In this document: one piece after another, positions 22,301 through 35,278 of the stretch
Position numbering within the stretch: the stretch's first letter is position 1
Layout: the number at the start of each line of letters is the position of its first letter
Assembly: GCA_951406725.2 (NCBI GenBank)
Contig: OX597841.1
Location: 12,090,001 to 12,154,000, forward strand
From: Octopus vulgaris
Lineage: Eukaryota
Direction of reading: 5' to 3'
DNA: 64,000 nucleotides
Notes under the pieces: model-generated
Databases searched by the model: none
Told to the model about the DNA's origin: nothing
What the model saw: the letters and a program-made list of their open reading frames with translations, nothing else
Position numbers and translations under genes: made by a program

Positions 22301-25300
22301 TCATTTAACGTCATTTAGCGTCATGTTAGTTAACGATAATTAAGGTCATGTCATTTAACGTTATTTAAGGTCATCTCATTTAACGTCATTTAGCATCATG
22401 TCATTTAACGTCATTTAACGTCATGGCATTTAACATTATGTCATTTAACGTCATGTCATTTAAAGTCATTTAACGTCATTTAACGTCATGTCATTTAACG
22501 TTATATAACGTCATTTAACGTCATGTTATTTAGCGTCAATTAAAGTCATATCATTTAACGTCATTTACCGCTATTTAACGTCATGTCATTTACGTCATTG
22601 AATGTCATTTTACGTTATGTCATTTAACGTCATGTCATTTAACGTCATGTCATTTAACGTCATGTCATTTAGCGTCATTTAACGTCATTGAACGTCATTT
22701 AACGTGATGTCATTTAATGCCATTTAATGTCATTTTACGTCATTTAACGTCATGTCACTTAACCTCATTTAAAGTCTTGTCATCATTAACGTCATTGAAC
22801 GTCATGTCATTAAACGTCATTTAACGTCATTTAACGACATGTCATTTGACGTCAATTAACGTCATTTAACGTGATGTCATTTCATGTCATTTAACGTCAT
22901 GTTTTTTAACGTCATTTAACATCATTTAATGTCATGTCATTTAAAGTCATTTAACATAATTTAACATAATTTAACGTCATGTCATTTAACGTCCACTCAT
23001 TTAACGTCATTTAATGTTATGTCATTTAACGTCATGTCTTTTAACATCATTTAACGTCATTTAACGTCGTTTAATGTCATGTCATTTAACGTCATTTAAA
23101 GTCATTTAACGCCATGTCATTTAACGTCATTTAAAGTCATGTCATTGAACGTCATGTCACTTAACGTCATGTCATTTTACGTCATGTAAAATCATTTACC
23201 GTCATGTCATTTAACCGAATTTAACGACATTTAACGTCATTTAGCGTCATGTCATTTAACGTCATTTGACGTCATGTCATTTAATGTCATTTAAAGTCAT
23301 TTAACGTCTTGTCATTTAACGTCAAATAATGTCATTGAACGTCATGTCATTAAACGTCATTTAACGTCATGTCATTTTACATCATGTATAGTCATTTAAC
23401 CTGAAGTCATTTAATGTCATTTAACGTCACGTCTTTTAACGTCAATTAACGTCGTAACTTTAACGTCATTTAACGTCATAAAACGTCATGTCATTTAACG
23501 TCATTTAACATCATTTAATGTCATGTCATTTAATGCCATTTAATTTCATGTTATTTAAAGTCATTTAACGTAATTTAACATAATTTAACGTCATGTCATT
23601 TAACGTCCACTCATTTAACGTCATTTAAATGTCATTTAACGTCATGTCATTTAACATCATTTAACAGTCATTTAACGTCGTTTAATGTCATGTCATTTAA
23701 CGTCATTTAAAGTCATTTAACGCCATGTCATTTAACGTCATTTAAAGTCATGTCATTGAACGTCATGTCACTTAACGTCTTTTAACGTTATTTAACGTCG
23801 TGTCATTTTACGTCATGTAAAATCATTTACCGTCATGTCATTTAACGGAATTTAACGACATTTAACGTCATTTAGCGTCATGTCATTTAACGTCATTTGA
23901 CGTCATGTCATTTAATGTCATTTAACGTCTTGTCATTTAACGTCCTTTTACGTCATTGAACATGTCATTAAAGGTCATTTAACGTCATGTCATTTTACGT
24001 CATGTATAGTCATTTAACCTGGAGTCATTTAATGTCATTTAACGTCATAACTTTAACGTCATTTAACGTCATTTAACATCATTTAACGTCGTGTCATTTA
24101 TCGTTATTTAGCGTCTTATTATTTAACGTCATTTAGCGTCATGTCATTTAACTTCATTTAACGTCATGTCATTTAACATCATTTAACGTCATTTAACGTC
24201 ATTTAGCGTCATGGAATTTCACGTCATTTAACGTCATGTCATTTAACACCATTTAACGTCATTTAAGGTCATGCCATTTAACGTCATGTCATGTCACTTC
24301 ATTTAACGTCATATAACGTCATGTCATTTAACGTCATTTAACGCCATGTCATTTCAGGTAATTTAACGACATTTAACGTAATGTCATTTAACGTCATTCA
24401 ACGTCATGTCAATTATCGTCATTTAACGTCACGTCATGCAACGTCATGTCATTTCATGTAATTTAACATCATTTTACGTCATGACATTTTACGTCATTTA
24501 ACCTCATTTAACGTCAGGTCATTTAACGTCATTAAAGGTCATGTCATTTACCGTTATTTAAAGACATTTAACGTCATTGAACGTCATACCATTTAACTTC
24601 ATTTAACGTCATGTCATTTAACATTATTTAACGTCATGTCATTTAAAGTTATTTAACGTCATGTTATTTAATTTCATTTAATGTCATTTCACATCATATC
24701 ATTTAATGTCATGTCATTTACCGTCGTTTAACGTCATATAACGTCATGTCAATTAATGTCATGTCATTTAACGTCATGTAATTTAACATTATTTAACGTC
24801 ATCTAGCGCCAAGTCCTTTAACTTCATTTAACGTCATTTGACGTCGTGTCATTTAACGTCATTTAACGGCATGCCATTTGACGCTTTGTCATTTAACGTC
24901 ATATAACGTCATGTTATTTAACGTCATTTGACATCATTTAACGTCATTTAACGTAATGTCATTTAACGTCATGCCATTTGACGCTTTGTCATTTAACGTC
25001 ATGTTATTTAACGTCATCTGACATCATTTAACAACATGTCATTCAACGTCATTTAACGTCATTTAACATCATGTCATTTCACGTCATTTAACGTTATTTA
25101 ACGTCATGTCATTTAACGTCATTTAATGTCATGTCATTTAACGTCATGTCATTTAACATCATTTAACGTCATTTAACCTCAAGTCATTTAACTTCATGTC
25201 ATTTAACGTCATTAAACGTTATTTAAGGTCATTTAACATCATGTCATTTAACGTCATGTCATTTCACGTCATTTAACGTTATTTGACGTCATGTCATTTA

Positions 25301-28300
25301 ACCTCGTTTTTCGTCATGTCATTTAACGTCCTTTTACGTTATTTAACGTCATGTCATTTAACGTCAGTTAACGTAATTTCATTTCACGGCATTTAACGTC
25401 ATTTCACTTCATATCATTTTACATCATTTAACGTCATTTCATTTCACGGCATTTAACGTCATTTCACCTCATCATTTTACATCATTTAACGTCATTTAAT
25501 GTCTTGTCCATGAAGTCATTTAACGTCATGTCATTTAACGTCAAGTTATTTAACGTCATTTAGCGTCAGATAACATCATGTCATTTAACGTCATTTAACG
25601 TCATGTCATTTAACATCATTTAACGTCATGTCATTTAGCGTCACGTCATTTAACGTCGTGTCATTTAACGTCATGTCATTTAAAGTCATTTAACTTTATT
25701 TAACGTCAGGTCATTTAACGTCATTTAACATCATTTAACGTCATTTAACGTCATGTCATTTTACGCCATTGAACGTCATGTCACTTAACGTCATTTAACG
25801 TCATGTCATTTAACGTCATGTCATTTAAAGTCATTTAACTTTATTTAACGTTATGTCATTTAACGTCAGGTCATTTAACGTCATTTAACATCATTTAACG
25901 TCATTTAACGTCATGTCATTTAACCTTATGTCATTTTACGTCATTGAACGTCATGTCACTTATCGTCATTTATCGTCATGTTATTTAACGACATTTAACG
26001 TCATGTCAACGTCATTTAAAGTTATTTTAGGTCATGTCTTTTAACGACATTTAACGTCATTTATCGTCATGTCATTTAACATCATATCATCTAACATCAT
26101 TTAACGGTATTTAACGTCATGTCATTTAACGTCATTTAGCGTCATGTCATTTAACGTCATTTAATGTCATGTCATTTAACGTAATGTCATTTAACGCCAT
26201 TTAACATCATGTCATTTAACGTCATGTCATATAACGGCATTTAACATCATGTTATTTAACGTCATGTCATTTTAAGTCATTTAACATAATGTGATTTAAC
26301 ATCATGTCATTTAACGTCATTTATCGTTATTTAACGTCATGTCATCTAACGTCATTTAACGTCATGTCAATTAACGTTCTTTAACGTCATGTCATTTAAC
26401 ATCACTTAACGTCATTTAACTTCATGTCATTTAACATCATTAAACGTTATTTCACCTCTTTAACGTCATGTCATTAACCTCATCTAACGTTATTTGGCGT
26501 CATGTCATTTAACGTCATTTATCTAATTTAACGTCAGGTAATTTAATCTCATGTCATTCAACGTCATGTTATTTAACGTCATTTTACGTCCTTTGAAGTC
26601 ATTTAACGTTAATTCATTGAACGTAATTTAACGCCATGTCATTTAACGGCATTTAACGTCATTTAATGTCATGTCATTTAACGTCATTTCACATCATATC
26701 ATTTAACATCATTTAACGTCATTTAATGTCATGTCATTTAAAGTCATTTAACGTTACGTCATTTAATGTCATATAACGTCATGCCATTTAATATCATTTA
26801 ACGCCATGTCATTTAACGTCATGTTATTTAACGTCATGTCATGTAACGTCATGTCATTTCATGTAATTTAACGTCATAACATTTTACGTCATTTAATGTC
26901 GTGTCATTTAACGTTTTTTAAAGTCATTTAACGTCATGTCATTTGACTTCATTTAACGTCATGTCATTTAATTTCATTTAATGTCATTTCACATCATGTC
27001 ATTTAATGTCATTCAACGTCATGTCATTTACCGTCATTTAACGTCATTCAGCGTCATGTAATTAAATATCAGTTAACGTCATTTAGCGTCATGTCATTGA
27101 ACTTCATTTAACGTCATTTGACGTCATGTCATTTAACGTCAGGTCATTGACGCAAACGTCATATTATTTTACGTCATTTGACATCATTTAACGTCATGTC
27201 ATTTTACGTCATTTAACGTTATTTAACGTCATGTCATTTAACGTCATGTCATTTAAGGTCATTTAACGTCATGTCATTTAATGTCATTGATTGTCATGTA
27301 ATTAAAATCCTTTCACTTCATGTCATTTAACGTCATGTCATTTAACTTCATTTAACGTCACTGTACGTCATGTCATTTAACCTCATTGAACGTCATGCCA
27401 TTTGACGCTATGTCATTTAACGTCATTTGATGTCATTTAACATCAAATAACGTCATGTCATTCAACGCTATTTAACGTCAGTTAACGTCATGTCATTTAA
27501 CATCATTTAACGTCGTTTAACGTCATGTCATTTAACTTCATGTCGTTGAACGTCATGTCATTTTACGTCATTTCATTTAACGTTATGTCATTTTACGCCA
27601 TGTAAAGTCATTTCCCGTTATGTCATTTAACGTAATTTTACGCCTTGTCATTTAACGTCATTTTACATCATTTAACGTCATGCCATTTTACGTTATTTAT
27701 TGTCATTTAACGTCATGTAATTAAAATCATTTAACGTCATGTCATTTTACGCCATTTACCCTAATATAACGTCATGTTATTTAACGTCATTCATCGTCAT
27801 TTAACGTCATGTTATTTAACATCATTTAACGTCATGTCAGTTAATGTCATGTCAATTAGCGTCATTTCACATCATGTAGCGTCATGTCATTTAACGTCAT
27901 GTCAATTAACTACAATTAACGTCATGTCATATAACGTCATTTAACCTCATGTCATTCGAAGTCATTTAACGTTATTTAACTTCGTGTTATTTAACGTCAT
28001 GTCATTTAATATCATTTAACGTCATGTCATTTAACGTCCTTCTATATCATGTATTACGTCATGTCGTAGAACGTCATGTGATTTAACCTCATTTAACGTC
28101 ATGTCATTTGAATTCTTTTAACGTCATGTCATCTCATTTAACATCAATTCATTTAACGTCATTTAAGGTCATGTCATTTAAAATCATTTAACGTCATGAT
28201 ATTTAAAGTCACTTAACCTCATTTTACATCATGTCATTTGAATTCTTTTAACGTCATGTCATTTTAATATCATTTAAATTCATGTCATTTAATGTTTTGC

Positions 28301-29287
28301 TATTTAACGTCATTTATCGCCATTTAACGTCATGTCATTTAACATCATTTAACGTCATGTCCATAACGTAATTGAACGTCATTTAGCGTCATATAACGTC
28401 ACGTCATTTAACGTCATTTCATTTAATGTCATTTAACGTCATGTCATTTAATATAATTTAACATCATGTCAATTAACGTTATGTCATTTAACGTCATGTC
28501 ATTTCACGTCATGTTATAGAATGTCATGTCATTTAACGTCATGTCATTTGAATTCTTATAACGTCATTAACATCATATCATTTAACGTCATGTCATTTAA
28601 CATCATTTAATGTCATGTCATTTATGTTATTTAACGTCATTTAGTGTCATATAACGTCATTTCATTTAACATCATATAACGTCATGTCATTTAAAAACCT
28701 TCTCCGTCATGTAATATCATTTACCGTTGTCATGTAACGTAATTTAACATCATTTAACATCATTTAAATTCATGTCATTTAAAATCATTTTACGTCATTT
28801 AACATAATATAACGTCATGTCATTTAACATCATTTTCTGTCATGTCATTTAATATCATTTAGCGTCATGTAATTTAACGTCATTTAACCTCATTTAGCGT
28901 CATGTCATTTAACTAGATTTACCGTCATTAAACATCATGTCATATAACGTCATTTGACATCGTCATTTACCGTCATGTCATTTTACATCATGTAAAGTTA
29001 TTTACCGCCATGTCATTTAACGTTTTTTAACGTCATGTCATTTAACTTCATTTAACGTCATGTCATTTAAAATCATTTCACGTCATGTCATTTAACGTCA
29101 TTTAATGTCATTAACGTCATGTCATATAACGTCATTTGACACCATGTCATTTACCGTCATTTAACATAATTTAACGCCATGTCATTTTACGTTTTTTAAC
29201 GTCATGTCATTTAACTTCATTTAACGTTATTTACCGCCATGTCATTTAATGTTATTTAACGTCATGTCATTTAACATCATTTCATTT
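16302..29287. repeat. ~13-kb satellite array of GTCATTTAAC and GTCATGTCATTTAAC units
   Basis: Directly visible; the ORF track has no ORF between 16155 and 29248. Confidence 0.99.
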
Positions 29288-30348
29288 ATATATATATATA
29301 TATATATATGTAATTATATATATATATATATATGCATGTATATAAATGAAGGTGCATATATAATGAGTTTTTTAAGGGGATGCAGAAAGAGTGATGTATG
29401 TGACATCGCATTAAGTAACATTTTTTCACCTGAAAATGTTAATTGGTAATTACTCTGAATTTCTTCAGAGCTGAATAAAATAATCTCATGGTTTTTATTT
29501 ATGTTGATCTTGAAATTTAAAAAAATGCTAATGAGTTTGCTAGACAACAATGTCCATAGTCACAATTCTCATTTACCTGGCGTGACGTGCATGACAAAAA
29601 TGGATGTAACTTAAATCACAATTTTCATGGTTAAGTCAACGCTGTATAGATTTGGAAAAAATTGTCCCAGTATCGATATTTGATCGAAAATGAACCGTTT
29701 CAACATATCTTTACAGGGCATTCTAAAAAATTTTGAAAACCTATTTTCGTTCATCTTTCTTGATAATGGCCCTGTTAAAAGTATGGAGGATGTTTACTGT
29801 CACAGCTCCAATTATTATTAATTTAGAGGTGTGTTCCCAACTTGTCTGAATGATTAAATCAGTTTATTTTCGACCAGATATTGATACAATTTCTTTCAAA
29901 TCTTCTCAGCATTGTCATTAACATAAAACTATAGAAAGCTTAGGATTAATTTTTTGTATAAAATGCTTTTTATTTGTACCACCTAGTTAACTCTTATTTT
30001 CAAGATCAAACAAATTTGCTATTTATGATGGAAGACCTTGAATATATAAGGAACAAGATGTGGAGGTGGCAGTTGTGGATGTTAGTACTTAAAATGAAAC
30101 TATGAAAACTATTTCTATCACCATCCCCACCAATTTTTTCTTTCTCCTTGGTTCAACATCTGACATAAGAGAAAGTGAATTATAAATTATAGAAGCTTAG
30201 AAGATCTTATGTTATGCATCAATATTTAAGGATTTCATGCTTATAGTTCCTCTGGTATTAAAAACCATCGGAGTTTGTTGGTGTGAATTTTAGCTTTTCT
30301 TTTGTATTTATAATCTTTTGAAATACTTCTCTTTCTCTTACCTTTTAG

Positions 30349-30495
30349 ATTGATCAAGGTGACCTTGGAATGTCTTCAGCTGATTATTTTACTTCAAAAG
30401 AACATGAGGACAAATTGAATGCCTACAAGAAATTTGCTGAGAATGTTGCAATTACATTAGGAGCCACTTCTTTCGAGGAAATCCAAATTGCAAAT
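30349..30495 (+). pseudogene. Isolated neprilysin/M13 metallopeptidase-like exon
   Basis: ttttag|IDQGDLGMSSADYFTSKEHEDKLNAYKKFAENVAITLGATSFEEIQIAN|gtaatg, 147 nt, phase 0/0; resembles the M13 N-domain IDQ..LG....YY...AY......LGA...E..IAN segment. Confidence 0.65.
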
Positions 30496-31094
30496 GTAAT
30501 GCAGTTAATGTATTGACACTTTCCTTTATTGGTTTCTATGGTGATTTGTACCTAATTTATCCAACTCTTCTACATGTCTGCCAACATGATTCCAATTTAT
30601 GTTACAAAGTTTTTCTCCTTTTTTTAGACTAGAAGGAAGGCATGGCTCATGATACTTTTACAGGGGTTCCAAGACTGGTGGGAGGGAGAAAGAAAAGTAT
30701 CCTCAAAGCAGTGACCTGGCTTGAGTATTTGTAATAGAGTAGGCACTTCCAAAGGAACCCAAAGTGCTAGATGGTGGTGTTACACTGGGCAGTAGATTAA
30801 GTCCACCCAAGTGGGCCATGATGAGATTTAAACTCAGAACACAAAAAGCAATTCGTTTCAACATTTTTACTGTTCTGCCAATCCTCTGCCCTGTATTTGT
30901 AGTTGTTTTATTGACTTGAAAGGGCAAAAGGCAGTGTTGGCCATGGTGGGATTTGAATTCAAAATATAGAAAAATAGAACAAAATACCACAAGGCATTTA
31001 ATCTGATGCTTTTACAACTCTAATTGTCACATTAGCATAGCCTCTAATAGAAACAGAAAAGGATCTTGAGCAAGTCCATCATATATGTATATGT

Positions 31095-31440
31095 ATGTAT
31101 TGAAAAGTTCCCAGACTAGTTCTGTAGTGTGCCAACAGATGGCAGCACACAGTTGTGTGCATAGTGAAAGCTAGCAGTGACCTTGATGAAGCAGTCTGCT
31201 GAGTGATATCACCGTTTACTTTGTAAGTTGTGAAATTTGTGTTTTTGTGATCATGTGTCAGCTGTAGTCTGTGATTTTTGTTATGGACAGGAAGTTGGAA
31301 CAAAGAGCTAACGTGAAATTTTGCATTAAGCTTTGGAAGTCTGCTACAGAGACATTGAGCATGCTTTGGCAAGCTTATGGCAATGAGGCAATGGGTTGTA
31401 CACAATGTTCCAAGTGGCATGGGTGCTTCAAAAGCAGAAG
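31095..31440 (+). mobile_element. mariner 5' fragment (HTH domain)
   Basis: MDRKLEQRANVKFCIKLWKSATETLSMLWQAYGNEAMGCTQCSKWHGCFKS. Confidence 0.85.
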
Positions 31441-31555
31441 TATATATATATATATATATATATCAGATTGGAGCCTGGTGCAGCCATCTGGTTCGCCAGT
31501 CCTCAGTTAAATTGTCCAACCCATGGTAGCATGGAAAGTGGATGTTAAACAATGA

Positions 31556-31596
<41 letters not shown>

Positions 31597-31925
31597 CATA
31601 TATATATACACACATACATGCATATATATATATATATACATACACATATTCATATATAATGATATATATATATATATATATATGTACACACACACACATA
31701 TATACATATATATATCCATATATAATTTCAATAATAATAAATGGGGAAAATTGATTACTTAATTAATCAATGAATTAATTAATAATTAATAATTTTACCA
31801 AGTAGTTCGGTACGTTAAAAAAACCTTTATAGATAAAATTATACAGTGGTTGAATATTGGCTATGCGATGACGCTTGATCGTGTACATATTTAATCCTAA
31901 CACTCTCAAATTTATATTTTGAAAT

Positions 31926-31988
31926 GCTGCACTGAAGATGAGAAATAAGTAAGTAAAAATAACTTTAATCTCGAAATGCGTATGTAGC
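31926..31988 (+). ncRNA. Minimal type I hammerhead ribozyme motif (Penelope pLTR type)
   Basis: GCTGCA-CTGAAGA-T-GAGA...TCTC-GAAA-TGCG-TA-TGTAGC: stem I, core, stem II and near-palindromic stem III. Confidence 0.55.
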
Positions 31989-32577
31989 TAATCTGAGTCG
32001 TGTGGATTCGTTATTTTTTCTTTTTGCCTACGTAAAAAAGTGGTTTAATGTCTGGGAGATCTTTTATGGTAGTAGAAAAGGCATTTAACTCCTATTTCTA
32101 AATTCAGTGTGTGGTGAAGCAATTAGCTGACCCCTGATTATAATTATGCTTATAATTATAGAATATTTGTTTATCTATATATATACATACACACACACAC
32201 ACAAAGAGATAAAGATGCATAAGTGCATGTGTGAGTGTATGCATATTTGTGTCTCTTTATCTTCAAATCACTACTGATTTGGTCACTTAGGTAACAGAAA
32301 CTATCAAATATTTCTAGTTTTTCTCACTGACATGTGACAGAAGCTGTTTTCTGCACATTTTCAGTGTTTATTGCTCCTAAGTATTTGCCACACACACAAA
32401 AATATTACATTGGTTGGAAATAGGTGAGGCTGGCAACAAGAAGGGCATCCATCTGTAGAGAATCTGTCCCAATCCAAGATAAATCCCATCCAAACATAAA
32501 AAAGGCAGATGTTATAACAAATGATTTTGATATGTTAGAAATACCAGTTTTTATTCTTCTTATTGTTGGTGTTCTGT

Positions 32578-32870
32578 GACCATCCCATCTTTGATTCAGG
32601 CATAGTGTATCTAGGACTACAATATCTAATGTGTCCTTCTTGTTGTTTAGCCGCAGGTCAGTCTGATCCAGTAGACCTATGATCAAATATGTTCCAGCTA
32701 TGACCATCCCGTCTTTGATTCAGGCAAAGTGTATCTAGGACTACAATATCTAATGTGGCCTTCTTCTTGTTTAGCCCCAGGTCAGTCTGATCCAGCAGAC
32801 ATATCATCAAAGATGTTCCAGCTGTGACCATCCCGTATTTCATTCAGGCATAGTGTATCTAGGACTACAT
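32578..32870. repeat. 124-bp tandem repeat x~2.4 of a dispersed element
   Basis: gaccatccc units at 32578, 32702 and 32826; related sequence at ~50970-51170 and ~59085-59150. Confidence 0.85.
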
Positions 32871-34124
32871 TATTATTTCAATTTTTTAAAACCAGTTATT
32901 TATTTTTTCTATGCAAGTCTCCACTTTTTACTTTTGGAGTCATGGCGCAATTTTGATGCTTGCCCTAGCTACGCCTCTGATCATGAATACAAGCAGCATG
33001 TTACTCCTTTGAAGGAGGAACATTACCTGACACTGTGCATAAATTGGAAATCAATGAGTCTCACTAAGTCAAGTAACAACTTCTCATGGAAAAATCTTGA
33101 CTCCAGTATGACAGACATGCAATTAGAATGTTACCATTTATGGCTAGATGCCCTTCATAACAAGGTGTATAAAATTGGTTTTTCAGTAAAGTACTATGTT
33201 AAACTCCCTGCAGGGGTATTAAATTCAAGTCTTGACACACGGTCGACAACCTTTAGCAGTGAAAACTATGTAGGTATGACAAGCCAATTCTAAGATAGTC
33301 ACAGGTGAGGTGTGAGGTCCCTGTATACTAAGAGTACTAAATGAGGTACTTGTATATTGAGAGTACCAAGTGAAACTGATACAAACACACAAAAAAACAG
33401 TCAAATGGAAGTCAGCAAGCACAGAAAAGAAAAAACATAATTCATCTTTTTTAACTGTTTTTACTTAAATTCTTATCATCATCATGATTGTTTATTAAAT
33501 ATCGAAGTAGGTTTAACGAAGTGTCACGGCACAAACACAACACAACCTGTGTCCTCCATGGATTAATTAACTTGGTTTGTTCATATCTTTTATAGTCTTT
33601 AGTGTTTTATCCCAGAGTAGGGTGTGATGTGTATATAAGTAGGTCTCTGCCCCAGAGTAGAGAGGCAGTGTGTGTGAGTGTGTGTGTGTGGATTTCTGCC
33701 CCAGGGTCAAGAGGGAGAGATGACTCCCACCTATCCAGTCGTCTCAATTTCATCATCTCAACACAAACAGGACAAAGACACTTGAAGCTGCATTGATGGA
33801 GATTTGAAGATAAAAATATTGACAAGATGGTAAATAACCAGGTCAAGGGTTCAAACTGAATTGCAGCGAAACACAATTTCATCGATTGGCACAGGGCCAA
33901 AAAGATGTAGGGAAGAATGAGTGGTTTATAGCAGATTGTTTCAGCCCCCACCCCAAAGATATGGCTGGGGCCTATGTTGTTGAGCCTAAAACGGGATGAA
34001 AAGTAAATTTGATCAGGGTGCGATTTCAACTCATACAAGATGAAAGCTAAATACTGGAAGTCATTTAGTCTGGAACCTAATTTCTGTAGTAATAATAATA
34101 ATAATAATAATAATAATGGTTTCA

Positions 34125-34530
34125 AATTTTGGCACAAGGCCAGCAATTTTGGAGAAGGGGCAAGTTGATTACATTGACCCCAGTACTCAACTGGTACTTT
34201 ATTTTATTCACTCCAAAAGGATGAAAGGTGAAGTTGACCCCAGCAGAATTTGTACTCAGAATGTAAAGATGGCAAAATGTCACTAAGCATTTTGTCCAGC
34301 AGGCTGAAGGCTCTGCCACCTTAATAATAATAACAACAATAATACACACAAGCCCTGAAATTTGTGGGAGGGGGGGTCTATGGATAATATCAAACCCTGT
34401 ATTCAAATGGTTCGTTCTTTTATTAACTCCAAAAGGATGAAAGGCAAGGTTGACTTAGCGATTTGAATTGAGAATGCAAAAAGCCACAACTCAATATCAC
34501 AAGGCATTTTGTCTGACACTCCGCCAATTC
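34125..34530 (-). mobile_element. Two decayed SINEs of a second family (CCTTTCATCCTTT core)
   Basis: Shared aaaggatgaaagg...ttgacc...atttgaa block; related pieces at ~5010-5090, 37680-37750 and 39180-39360. Confidence 0.65.
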
Positions 34531-34879
34531 AAACAATCCACTACAATCAGACCACTTGAGAGAAAGAAAAATTAATTAGAAAAAAACTCTATGGAAAAAA
34601 AAGGGGGAGAGAGGGCAGTAGTGGTGGTGGTGGTGGGGTGAGGTAGAACGCCAATACATTCTCTTGTGCTGATGTCAAGGATGCAGTGGTGACACTGGTA
34701 GTGGTGGTAGTAGTAATAATAATAGCAGCAGCAGCAGAAGGTGGGGTGGGGTGGGTCATTTCTACGACACCCAACCCTTCCCCCGACACACCAACACAAC
34801 TACTCTGCAGTCTGTTGAGAAACAACCCCTCTGCCATGACCACCACTACCAAAAGGGTTTGCTTTGTTTTGTTTAGGGT

Positions 34880-35278
34880 TTAACCATCAGACAAGGAGAG
34901 TGTTGGTGTTGATGTTGTTGATGTTGTCGTTGAGGCAGTGGTAATGGTTGTATTCTCAGTAGCAGTAGTGGTGATGGTGGTGGTGGTAGTGGAGGTGGTG
35001 GTGACGGTCTGCCGACCATGAGCCGATAGAGTCAGAGTGCCACTAGTCTCACTATTTGTCAAGATTGTCTCTACTACAAGAGGTGTCAGCCCATTGCCAG
35101 TTTGAAGCTGTCGGCCAGGAGATAGCTGCGATGGAGCCGTGTTGTCCGAAATGGACTGCATCATATTGTAGCCAAGTTTCTGGTTACTCTGTTGAACCAG
35201 TAAGGAGCTGGTGCGGCTGGCCATGTTACCATTGGCTTCCAGTTCAGTGAGCAGAGCTGTGGCACTGTCAAGGGTGTC
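34880..35278 (-). CDS. USP24: USP24 terminal coding exon Q
   Basis: Polypyrimidine cag|DTLDSATALLTELE...Thr-rich tail...SLSDG*. Confidence 0.88.
   Translation of the reverse strand, partial: DTLDSATALLTELEANGNMASRTSSLLVQQSNQKLGYNMMQSISDNTAPSQLSPGRQLQTGNGLTPLVVETILTNSETSGTLTLSAHGRQTVTTTSTTTTTITTTATENTTITTASTTTSTTSTPTLSLSDG

Noticed and set aside
16302-29287. CRISPR array, telomere, or coding repeat
   Set aside because: No unique spacers or cas genes, eukaryotic context, not TTAGGG-like, and frequent stops leave no ORF of 60 aa or more inside the array
29370-29900. Possible TTAA-flanked DNA transposon end right of the satellite
   Set aside because: No matching second terminus or coding remnant found
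31440-31760. YI/HT-rich ORFs here and at other (TA)n/(CA)n tracts
   Set aside because: Microsatellite translations
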